From Chiloscyllium plagiosum (taxonomy: Eukaryota): a stretch of 64,000 nt of DNA. The stretch's first letter is position 1. Each line of letters opens with the position of its first letter. Location: NCBI RefSeq assembly GCF_004010195.1, contig NC_057720.1:56467165-56531164 (forward strand), in the 5' to 3' direction. Made by a program: the position numbers and the translations under genes. Positions 26,088 to 37,230 of this stretch are shown in pieces. Below the pieces are notes generated by a model. That model did no database searches, was not told the origin of the DNA, and saw only the letters and a list, made by a program, of their open reading frames with translations.

Positions 26088-26760
26088 TTAATTCATTATG
26101 AGATGATGGTGTCACTGGCTAGGCCAGCATTATTTCTCATCTGGAGGGCAGTTCAAAGTCAACCACATTGATTAGATTAGATTAGATTACAGTGTGGAAA
26201 CAGGCCCTTCAGCCCAACAAGTCCACACCGACCCGCCGAAGCGCAACCCACCCATACCCCTACATTTACCCCTTACCTAACACTATGGGCAATTTAGCAT
26301 GGCCAATTCACCTGACCTGCACATCTTTGGACTGTGGGAGGAAACCGGAGCACCCGGAGGAAACCCACGCAGACCACGGGGAGAACGTGCAAACTCCACA
26401 CAGTCAGTCGCCTGAGGCGGGAATTGAACCCAGGTCTCTGGCGCTGTGAGGCAGCAGTGCTAACCACTGTGCCACCGTGCCACCGTGCCACCGTGTCATT
26501 GCTGTGGGTCTGAAGTCACATGTAGACCAGACCAGGTAAGGATGGCAGTTTCCTTCCCTAAAGAACATGAATGAACCAGATGGATTTTTTCTGACAAACA
26601 ACAATGGTTAGACTCATCATTAGACTCTTAATCCCTGATTTTTATTGAATTCAAATTCCATCATCTGTCATAGCAGAAATCAAACCCAAGTCTCCAGAAC
26701 ATTACCTGGGTCTCTGGATTAACAGTCCAGCGATAATACCACTAGGACATCACCTTACCC
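26088..26760 (-). mobile_element. tRNA-derived SINE with Meta-like central domain, interrupted by HE1
   Basis: Minus strand reads cctagtggtattatcgctggactgttaatccaga...aaaatccatctggttcattcatgttctttagggaaggaaactgccatccttacctggtctgg...aataatgctggcctagccag. Homologous to 47190-47440, 50360-50565 and 61680-62026. The domain name is from memory. Confidence 0.72.
26171..26495 (-). mobile_element. Young HE1-like V-SINE
   Basis: Near-identical to 11212-11531; cattg duplicated on both sides; gtgccacc repeated three times at the head. Confidence 0.93.
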
Positions 26761-27799
26761 AAAAGAAATGTAGATAGGTGAAGTAGTTCTGAGAGGGAAT
26801 GCCAGAATATAGAGTTTATGCAACTGGATTCGTAGCCATCACCACAGAAACAATTTAAATCGGAGATGCTGACATCAGCAGAGGAGTACATCCTTTTTGT
26901 TTATGTGAAGGGGTTTGAAGAGTAATGTGCTTGACCACAGGTGGTTGAGGTAGAGATCATGGCTATCTCTTCATGGAAAATCAATATTTATCCAAAGTAG
27001 AGACTGTTTTTGATTACTTAAGCAAAGAGCCTTTGCAGGCAAAATGATTCAAATGAAGCAGAAAAAGAAGTAGGGGATGCAATGAGGGGAATAGCAAGGT
27101 GTTTCAAGGACAGTGGTGAAGATCTGTCATTAACTCATTATTAGAAGCTGATGAACCTTTTATGTTTCTAATTTAAGAAATTTGAGAAATTGTCATTCAA
27201 TTTTTATACTCAATTCTTAGATCTATCAAGGTGACTTGTCTCATCAAATAGAAACAAGAATATTATCTGCTGCAATAATTTATAATTCCTGGAGCCTACT
27301 GCCAGACAGTCTCCTGGACATCTGTGCAATTAACACAATTTAACAAAACATCTTGATCCGACCTTTCCTGTTGATCTCACATTCCAATTACTAGTTCTTA
27401 ATTATGGCAGCATTGAGCTAGGACAGTGGCTAAACTGGGAAACTCCCTAGAACCCTAGAATTGTCCAATTTAAGTCAGAGTTACAATTCATGATGTCAAA
27501 TCCTAAGATACAACATGTGTAAAAACTGTCCCCTACTGTTGTGGCACAAGGAAGTCCAGCCTTTCCAGCTGTTGCCTTTGTATATCTCCGTGCTTCAAAC
27601 TGTTCTTGCACTTTATCCTTATGGCAAATCTTCCTTTCTCCATCAGTACCCTAACTACATTTTTTCAATTGTCTTTTCCTCGACTTCGTCGCCTCTGTAG
27701 AATTTTCCCTTATCTTCCCCTAAATTAGATAAACTTAATGACCTAACAGTAAATGTGAGTAATCAATATTTATTAAATTCTAAGAATATGATTTGTCAA

Positions 27800-29345
27800 C
27801 TGTGGAATAGTAATGGAATTCATCCTGTTCATAATACCCACCTCCTGCTCCTTGATCCTATTTCCACTAAACAGCAGACCACTCACTTCCCTTCCTGGTC
27901 GCCACATTATTGCAATGTTAGTCAATGACTGTTTTCAAGTACTGCCCACCTCTCTTAGAAATCACCCATCTTCTCAAAAAAGGCAGCTTTTGACCTCTCC
28001 ATTCATGGAAATTATGCCCTTGCAGGCTGGAGATCCATTTCCAATCTCTTTTTCCTGAAGGAGATGTCACTGAATTTTTAGATTAGATTAAATTACTTAC
28101 AGTGATGGAAACAGGCCCTTCGGCCCAACAAGTCCACACCGACCCGCCGAAGCGCAACCCACCCCCCTACATTTATCCTTTCATCTAACACTACGGGCAA
28201 TTTAGTATGGCCAATTCACCTAACCTGCGCATTTTTGGATTGTGGGAGGAAACCAGAGCACCCGGAGGAAACCCAGTTTGCCTGAGGTGGGAATTGAACC
28301 CAGGTCTCTAGTGCTGTGAGGCAGCAGTGCTAACTACTATGCCACCATGCCTTCCAAATCTGTAGAAATTTCCTATCTTCCTGGTACACTCACAAAATTT
28401 CAGTCCCTGCATTAACACAGTGGCTCTTATTGAAGTTGCAAGTAATATTCTGAGTGTGTGACAAGTGTAAACTACTCGTCTGGATCCTTCTTCACCTTTC
28501 TGCATTCCCCTCCAGTGCCATCAACTGGATGCCTTTTTATGCAGTGAGAGAATCACCTGCACAGACTATGATACAAGCAATTGCTTGGGACATCACTGTC
28601 AATGATGTCAAATCTCTGACACAACATAATGCAACACTGACTAAACACAACTCCTGTGTTGTTCTCTCTGGTGTCTCACAAGGATATGTCCTTGGCCCCA
28701 TGCTATTTCTCATCTACATGCTTTCTCTTAGTGGCAACATCTGAAAATAAAGCAATTTTGAGATTTATACTGATGACACTCAGTTCTCCTCACTTCTGCT
28801 CTTCTAATCTCTCCGCTATTTCTAAATTCTTTCTTATTTGGGTGAATAATCAGAAATTTCCTCCAATTAAACTTTGTGAAGACCACACACAATGACCTTA
28901 TCTCTCAATGACAAGCTCCTGCCACTAACTAAGGATTTCCAGCTGGCAACCTTTGAAGCCCAAATCAAACTATTTATAACATTAGTGCAACATTTAACCC
29001 TAATATAAATTACTGATATTCACCTGCATCATCACCAAGACTATTTCTACTTCTGTAAAATTATAGTTCACCTGCTGCTTAAACCCTCATCTAAACTTGG
29101 TCATTCCAACACATTCTTGCCTAGCCTCTCCCACATCACCCAACCTAGACAGGAGTTCCTCCAAGACATTGCTGCCTGTGTCCTAACTCACGTCAATGCA
29201 TCTGTCCGTCTATCTATGATCTACATTGGTAAAAGCAAACTCTCAACTGCTTTAACGTTTTATGTTGCTCAGTGTCAACCTTTGTTTTATTAAAGCTCAG
29301 CTTGGGATATTTTGCTGTGCTAAAACTTGCTTGTATGAATGCAAG
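27800..29345 (+). mobile_element. Ancient L2-clade LINE RT fragment
   Basis: SGVSQGYVLGPMLFLIYMLSL (ORF 28454-28744) followed by a YTDDTQ-like motif; heavily decayed. Confidence 0.68.
28078..28350 (-). mobile_element. HE1-like V-SINE nested in L2 (internal deletion)
   Basis: Tail gattagatta..., ggcccttcggcccaacaagtccacacc, head gggaattgaacccaggtctc. Confidence 0.88.
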
Positions 29346-29374
29346 TTTTGCCATGTTGTCTGATCTTACGCTTG

Positions 29375-29698
29375 ATTTGGAGGTGCCAGTATGGGACTGG
29401 GGTACACAAGGTTAAAAATCACACAACACCAGGTTATAGTCCAACAGGTTTAATTGGAAGCACTAGCTTTTGGACTAAGTTTAGACAAGAGTTTAAGAAG
29501 CAGTTGAACTGAGGCACAGACGAAATTTTACAAAAGTGGAAATAGTCTTAGTGATAGTGCAGGTGAATATCAAAAAATCATATTTGGGTTAAATGTTGCA
29601 CTAATGTTGTAAATAGTTTGAAGGAGCAGCGCTCAGAAAGCTAGTGCTTCCAATTAAACCTGTTGGACTATAACCTGGTGTTGTGTGATTTTTAACTT
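29375..29698. mobile_element. PLE fold-back insertion enclosing captured local DNA
   Basis: Perfect 60-bp inverted arms (29411-29470 and 29637-29696); partial hammerhead gaaggagcagcgctcagaaagcta; 14-bp flanking repeat tgatctta(c/t)gcttg (29361-29374 and 29699-29712). Confidence 0.8.
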
Positions 29699-30361
29699 TG
29701 ATCTTATGCTTGTGTGGGATTTGTCTTGTTAGTTTTATCCAATTTTCTTATCTCATTCTTTTAATCTATTTATCCCTGCTTCCTTAATTCACAATGTATT
29801 ACTATTTTCAATATTAATCACTTTACCCATTTATTTTCCTCTACTGGCCACATCCATCTTATTGTTGACACTTGCTTTGTGCTCGCACCTCTGGTATTCT
29901 TGTCACAATTTTGCATCCTATCCTCCTTCCTTCCCATGTCACATCAGCCTTTGTCTCCTGAGCCTTTCTTTTTCCTTTCCTGTTAATCTCCACTGCTCAC
30001 GATCTTATATCCTCATAACCCTCGTGACAGCTGTGAATCCTCTTCATGGTACTAGAGTACAGAGTGTATGTGTTTAACTGAACCAGCAGGTATGTTATCA
30101 GCTCACTGAAGCTGCAAGCAGTAGCCAGTGAAAAGTGTTATTCACAGCTGGGCAATGATTCAAAGTCCCAAGCTGGCGAATAGGCAAAGATCTTCTGGAA
30201 GCCTGCCAATTTCTGGAGAGGAGACAAGATTACCATAGTCCGCTGTTTCTCTGAGTTGGCATGTTCTTCTGAAAATACAAATTGATGAAAGTAAGAGTCA
30301 GGGAAACCAAATTATTTGTTGAGTCAACATAGGCAGGAGCCAAAAAATAAAACAAAACATT

Positions 30362-30657
30362 GGGGAGTCCAGAACTAGAGGGCATAGGTTTAGGATGAGT
30401 AGAGAAAAATTTTAAAGGGTTTTGAGGGGCAATGTTTTTTTAACACAGAGGGTAGTGTGTGTATGGAATGAGCTGCCAGAGGAGGTGATGGAAGCAGGTA
30501 CAGTTACAACATTTGAAAGGCGTCTGAATAGGTGTATGAATAGGAAATGTTTCGAGAGATATGGGCGAAATGCTGGCAAATGGGACTAGATTAGTTGAGG
30601 ATATCTAGTCAGCACAGATGAGTTGGACTGAGAGTTTGTTTCTGTTCTGTGTGATTC
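30362..30657 (+). mobile_element. HER1-like LINE 3' end
   Basis: gagtccagaactagagggcataggttt...gtatggaatgagctgccagagg, matching the other HER1 copies. Confidence 0.85.
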
Positions 30658-33600
30658 TACCTAAGCTGAGTAGATGGTTAGCATCTGTGAATATAAAAAC
30701 TTATTCTAATCTCCTTTACAAAATTCTTGCACATGTGTTTAGCATCCTCACAATGTCAAATAAAACTACAGAATATTCTTATCACTACTTAACTCAGCCA
30801 ATTGTTCTCCAGCCTAAAGTTGTACTTTTGCCTCTGGGTAGATCCAACCAGACTGTGCCAGCAGCATTATTCCACACCGAAGGAAATAATGGGGCCACTG
30901 GACATTACAATGGCTTAGCCATGTGTCTTGCATATTGGAAAGTACATTCAAATCCATCGGAATCAAATTTCAGTGAATGCGTTTAGTTCATCTAAACCTA
31001 ATCACCCCAAGCATATGAATAGAAAATTGCTCATTTCACTCAAAGTCTGTAAGGTGGCTAGTAGGAAAATGAATAATCTATTATATGCATTCAGGAACAA
31101 ACAGAACTACCTTCAACATGATTAACAAGATTCATAACGATTTTTAAAAACATTAACCATAAATTAATCCACAATGTACGGCTGGGATTTGACTGTGCAA
31201 TAGTAACAGAGTAAAAATGATTCAGTCATAATGGATGGAATTTAGCTTTGCAAAAAGGGAATCATTTATCCTCAAAGTTTGGAGAATCAGTGAGAGCCCG
31301 ACTTCACTTCTGCCAGGAGGTTCGACATAATTCAAGTGCAACCAGGCACTCGACTGGCCAACACTGTACTTCCCCAGTGATCATGGTGCTCCAGAGAGTT
31401 ACTGTCTAAGCGAGGGCTGGCAGCAGCATCAGGAGTGCTAACTGCTGCCAATAATGTTCTGAGCCCTTCACTAGGGATTATCCCTGGGTCACTGGAGATA
31501 GGTGATTGGGACAGAATTGTGGGCTTCATTAGGATGGGGTTGTTAGCGAGAAAGGAAATGGGGGTTCGATGCTTGAATGGAGGGAGGAGGTCTGTTAGCT
31601 TTCAGCAATATCCATTCACTCCCATTCCTTTGCTGGGTCCTGCAATCAGGAACTGAGTGTCAGTAAATGAGAGTCAATCTCCTGCACACACATACATACA
31701 GACTCACAAACTCATAACAGTTTGCTGAGCAGCATCTGAGATGTACAGGAGACCTGTGTGCATCCCATTAAATCCCTGAGCTGCTATTAAATTCTGATGG
31801 GCTTAGGGATAATTGGCTTTAGGTCATTCATTAACGAACCTAATTGGTGTCCAGAGGGGCAACAGTCAGTCATGTGGTCAGGCACTCAGTATATCTGTAG
31901 CTCCTCAATGCGGGCAGCCAGACCCATGGGTCCAGGGTAACCAGTTGGGGCAGATTTGGGAATACAGTCGAGGAGGTGTACAGGCATCAGATAGGGGCCT
32001 CAACACTTCTTGACTGGGACTGTCCAGCAGGACCACTCAAGAGGATGGGCCTTGGTCAGGCGGTAGAGTCCATTTACTGAAAGTGAAGGTTGGGCCCTGT
32101 GACATGGCATGGCAGCCAGGTCTTGGGGAGGGCCCCTTATGTACAGAGACCACAACTGTAAAGGCGTCGGCTCAACATGTAAGTTGAGGAGAGGTTCGAT
32201 CATGTGTAGGAAAAGGGTTATGTGAGTGTTCGGCAGTGAACAGCAACCAGGCCTTCAGGATGGGCAGTGCGTTATCACAGCTGGCACATTGACCAGATAC
32301 ATCTTGGGCTGGAGGGCTATGTGGGCAGATGGCAACTCAAAGAGATGGATTGGAAGGTGACTGGGGAGGTGCAGCTATCTGAGGAACAGCAGCTGTTGCT
32401 GTCTATTGTTGTAAATCACAATAGTGCACTGGAAATGGGAACGGCTACAGTCACACCCAAAGTGGGAAGAGGAAGTGGATCATTCTGAGAGGGAGGGTGC
32501 TCCAAGTTCCAGTGATGTGAGGCTCTTCAATGGGCAGTACCATCACACTCACACACCCAGACACTGTCGAGGAATATCACCTGGGGACTCTGGTATTGGC
32601 CAAATGTGTACAATCCACTTTACTGCTTCCATCACTCCAGACCATTTCATGCAAGATCAAGACTGAACCCTACAAATGCCTGTGATGTAAAGGCAATATC
32701 TATTCACCTGGAGAAACGGTGCCCATTGCCAGAGTGGCTGTCACCTGATGCTGTGCCCATTGCCTGGTACAGAAGCTATTCACTTCACACCTTGCCCCAT
32801 GGAACATCATACAGAAATAGAGACGGGTGACTTCATTGTCTGTCGGTTGCAGTGGCAGCTCAACAGAAATTCAAATAATCAGATTATCTTGAAAAGGGCA
32901 TATAACATGGTCAATTATGAACTGTTAAATGTCGCACATGTTACCATTGTGCCCTCAAAACATAGAACATTAGAACGAGGAACAGGAGTAGGCCACCTGG
33001 CCCTTTGAGCATGCTCCACCATTCAATAAGATCATGGCTGATCTTTTCATGGACTCAGCTCCACTAACCCACCTCTCACTATAACCCTTAATTCTTTTAC
33101 CGTTCAAAAAAACATTTTCACCTTCCTTTCCCTTCCACTAAATCTCAAAGTATCCCACTACATCTCAAAGCAGCCCCAGCTTCCACAGCTGGCCCAGACA
33201 GATTCTGACCTACACTGGAGCCTGGTGGCCTTGGAGCTCTGGTCAGGTGACTCCTGGGGGCATTTTTATCCAGTGGACCCAGACATTGTCAAAAGCAACT
33301 TCATTGGCCTGAACTCCTACAAGACTGAGGATGACAGAGAGTGTGGAGATTTAAAATTTGCTTCACTTTGGTGTCTCCAGAAAGGAGAATGCTGGGGTGC
33401 CTGTGTGTGGTTCCCCTTCGAGCTGGGTGCTTACTAGCACTGGCTTGTCTCCTTGTGAGGAGGGGGCACATGGTGTGACATCATGCCCCAGTTTCCTTGC
33501 TGTTGATGCTGAACACTAGTGGAGTAATGGAGTGCAGGTCTGCGTGCATATCCAACAGACTCTGAGCCTGCTGGCCCTGGCTTTCCATCGACACAGCCAG

Positions 33601-34184
33601 ATGCTCATATGAATGAGGCAGTGGGGTCCCGCTGGACTTACTGAAGCCTGCAGCCAGTGTGTTATGAATACCATTGCCGCACACATACCTGCCTGTGTAC
33701 ATCTCAATGAAGTCCCTAATTTCTGACCTCACAGGACTCTGTTCTGCTGGGACTGAGCGGGTGCCTAGTCTTTGACAGTCAGTAACCTGGGGCGTTTCTC
33801 CCTCTAGCTGGGGCAGAGCCTGGGCAGTATGGTGCCATCCAACGGATACTCCTGAATCTAGCGATAATACCCAGCGAGGTGACAGTATTTAAGCTGGTGG
33901 AGGGTACAGCAGGCGGCCTTGCTGGCACTTCCTCTGGGACCTCAGTACTCAGTTCCTCCGAGTGCTGAAGAACACAGACACAGACAATGCAGCAGCTCCC
34001 TCTTGCTGCTGGGTCCGTGGAGATGTCCCTGGAAGCTGCACAACATGAAAAGGGAAGGTATGGTGGCCAAGGATTTAAAGTTGCATCAAGTGAAGTAATG
34101 TTGACAGTGAGGTTAATGTGAGCGTTGCATTACAATTAACATCACTTCTTACTTATTTGGCAGATCAAGGATGTCTCAGCATCC

Positions 34185-34477
34185 GGTTTAGGGTGAGGGG
34201 GGAAAGATATAAAAGAGACCTAAGGGGCAACATTTTCACGTAGAGGGTGGTATGTGTATGGAATGAGCTGCCAGAGGATGTGGTGGAGGCTGGTACAATT
34301 GCAACATTTAAGAGGCATTTGGATGGGTATATGAATAGGAAGGGTTTGGAGGGATATGGGCCAGGTGCTGGCAGGTGGGACTAGATTGGGTTGGGATATC
34401 TGGTTGGCATGGACGGGTTGGACCGAAGGGTCTGTTTCCATGCTGCACATCTCTATGACTATGACTCTATGACTATC
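34185..34477 (+). mobile_element. HER1-like LINE 3' end inserted in the Harbinger relic
   Basis: Near-identical to 7515-7795; tail ctctatgactatgactctatgac. Confidence 0.92.
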
Positions 34478-34883
34478 TCAACAGGCCCTGACTCAGTCCT
34501 CTCTAGCCAGTGTCAGGATGCTTTCTTCATCAGTGGGGGAATGGGGAGGAGACTGTTATTGGACACCCTACTGTCTGTCCTCACTATTTTGGCACTGCTG
34601 TGGCCTGTTTTCTCTTGTAATGAGAGAAAGGGAAGGATTGAAGGAGATGAAAGACGATCGCACAGCAGTTAATGCTGGTGCAAGTGGGGAGGTGTTCCGA
34701 GTGACTTGGAAGCACAGAGACCATGGAAGGTGAGTAGTATGGGATTTGGGTTGAGTGAGAGTGAGTGAAGGGCGATGTTGCATGCAATGAGGTGAGCGAT
34801 AGATATAAGCCTTAGCAGGAGGTTTGTGCAGTAGCAGAGACAGAATGAGTGTGAGGTAATAGAGAACAGATAGTGGCACTTAC

Positions 34884-35105
34884 TCTGGCAGTGCAGAAAA
34901 GGTCATTCCTGCATGACTGGGTATTTGGCTGGACGCTGGAGATGTCACCGACCTGTGTAGTGAAATTGGATCACGTTTGCAGGGTCCGATAATTGTTGTG
35001 TGGGAAAAGGGCAGCCCTCCTCTGTACCCACCCCAAACCCCATCCCCCAGGCCCTACAGCTCTCTGTTGGCAAATCATAACACAAATTTCCCCTTATCAG
35101 CTATG
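34884..35105 (-). pseudogene. Harbinger-type Myb/SANT DNA-binding protein, first exon remnant
   Basis: Minus-strand pieces ADKGKFVL*FANREL*GLGDGV, VQRRAALFP and TQVGDISSVQPNTQSCRNDLFCTAR, followed by a GTAAGT donor (34878-34883). Confidence 0.6.
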
Positions 35106-35168
35106 GTATCTAAAAGAGTGTACAGCCATGCAGGACAGCTTTGCAGTGTTTGGCCTTTTAAAGATGGT

Positions 35169-35327
35169 AGGAGAAAGTGAGGACTGCAGATGCTGGAGAT
35201 CAGAGCTTAAAAATGTGCTGCTGGAAAAGCGCAGCAGGTCAGGCAGCTTATGCCCGAAACGTCGATTCTCCTTCTCCTTTGAAGCTGCCTGACCTGCTGC
35301 GCTTTTCCAGCAACACATTTTTAAGCT
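35169..35327. mobile_element. PLE fold-back mini-insertion with half a hammerhead in the loop
   Basis: 44-bp inverted arms (35204-35247 and 35284-35327, one mismatch); loop holds ttatgcccGAAACGTCga; flanked by cttttaaagatggt (35155-35168 and 35326-35339). Confidence 0.8.
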
Positions 35328-35719
35328 TTTAAAGATGGTGCCAGGAATGCAGTGACGAATACTTTTAGTTATGTTGAGCAGGTGAATTGGACTAACATCA
35401 GACGAGAGTGTCACCATAGGAGTTAAGTAGGCAGTTATTAAGACAAATTTGTCACAAAAGCAGAGAAACCCTCCATGAAACTCAGTGAAAATGATACTTT
35501 GCTTAGAGAGTTTAAGCCCATGAGCTCTCCTTGTGATTTCCCTGGTGTAGCAAGACCAGCTGAGTATGCCAGGATTTTCTGCTTTATTTTCAGATTTTCA
35601 GCATAAGCGGCATTCAGCTTTTCAGGATAGCCAAATGTAGTGATAATGCATATGTGCAATCAGAAATTCATCTCCGAGTCAAATGTTAGGCTGTTTACTT
35701 TATGCTTCAGGCATCCTGC

Positions 35720-37230
35720 TTGCCAGGGTGAATCATCGGCTGGGAAACTGACTTGGCAGCAGGGAGCAAAGACAATAGCTTCAGTCTTCCCAACATTTAA
35801 TTGGAGGAGGTATCTGCTTATCACATACTGAATGCCAGAGAAGCAATCTCATAATTTAGAGACAGTGGAGATGTTAAGACAGTTACAGTTAGGCTTCATC
35901 TGTGTTCATGGGGAAATTGTTGCTATGTTTTCGGTTGATGTTGCCAATGGGAAATAGGCAGATAGAAAATAGGAGATGGCCAAGGTCAGATCCTTGGGGA
36001 ATTCTGGAGTTGACACTAAGAGACTACACTCCATGAGATTCTTTGGTTACAAATAGAACAGGAACATAAGGATATAAGATCTAGGAACAGGAGTAGGCTG
36101 CCTGGCTTGTCGGACCTGCTCCGCCCTTTAATAAGAACATGGCTGATCTTTACATGGACTCAGCTCCATTTACCTGCCCACTCACCAAAATCCTTAATTC
36201 CTTTAATGTTTAAATATCTAACTTTGCCTTGATGAGGAGCTTCACTGCGCAGGAAATTCCATTGACTCACAACTCTTTGGGTGAAGAAGTACCTCCTAAA
36301 TCTCAGTCCTAAACCTGCTCCTCCTTGTTTTGAGACTATGCCCCCTAGTTCTAGTTTCACCCACCAGTGAAGCAACCTCCCTGCTTCTATCTCATCTATT
36401 ACCTTCATAATTTCATATGTTTCGATAAGCTCTCCCCTCATTTTGTTAAACTCCAACGGAAGAATGGAACCAGGTGAGTGCAGTCCCACCATTTAGATGA
36501 CAGGAGAACAGTGTTTGCAGAGGATAGGGTCATCAACCCTGCCGTGTGCTACAAATAAGGTTGAGGAGAAATAATTTACATTTATCAGTCACAAGGAATG
36601 TCATTCATGACTTTTAGAAGAGCTGTTTCAGAACCAGTTTGGGGCAGAAGCCCGATCAGAGGAGTTCAAAATGGAATTCTAGGAATGACACATTTGAATG
36701 TGGGAGCCAGCAACACACTTAACAGCCTGAGAGAAAGGTGAAATTGGAGGTGGGACAGAAAATCAAGGAAAGCTTTGAGAATTAAGGTGGTGACAGAAAA
36801 TTTTGAAAAAGGAGGCAGTACCCAAGGGGAGAGAAAACTATTAACAGCAGAAACAAACATGGGGTCCAGGAGAGGAAGTTAGGTGGTCAGTGGTTTAGTG
36901 GTTATAGTGTTAAAGGAACAGGAGCAAAGACTCAGGAATGAGGTAGGTTTGGTCAGAGCATGAGGAGACCTTGGGAAGAAATAAATGAGAGATGGAAAAT
37001 CATGGTAAAACCTTAGAAACAGTGTGACACAGTGGGCTAGAGAAGGGAGAAAAGTGACAAAAGCAGTCAATTGCATTTTCTCAATCTTTGTGACAAAGAA
37101 ATCCATTAAATTCTTGCAAACATAGAAACTGAGGGTGGAGGGAAGACCGGAGAGGCATTTGAGTCGATGAGTTTCCAATTGAGAAAAGAATACTGCATAT
37201 AACTTTGCGTTTAATGATGATCCTGAAATA
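35720..37230 (-). mobile_element. Ancient L2-clade LINE fragment, interrupted by CR1
   Basis: NLMDFFVTKIEK...CSCSFNTITTKPLTT (ORF 36879-37379) and IPQGSDLGHLLFSICLFPIG at about 35945-36005. Confidence 0.65.
36060..36460 (-). mobile_element. CR1 LINE 3' end
   Basis: LEFNKMRGELIETYEIMK...RRYFFTQRVVSQWN (ORF 36160-36492); same family as 6045-6926. Confidence 0.82.

Larger units (their letters stand above)
31180..35500. mobile_element. Decayed PIF/Harbinger DNA transposon (nuclease remnant on +, Myb/SANT remnant on -)
   Basis: GC-richer block. The Myb/SANT-like exon at 34884-35105 is clear. Weaker transposase traces lie at about 32150-32260 (N.KG..LNM, G...AF) and about 32395-32440 (IVVNHNSALEMG). 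Terminal inverted repeats not identified; ends approximate. Confidence 0.55.
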
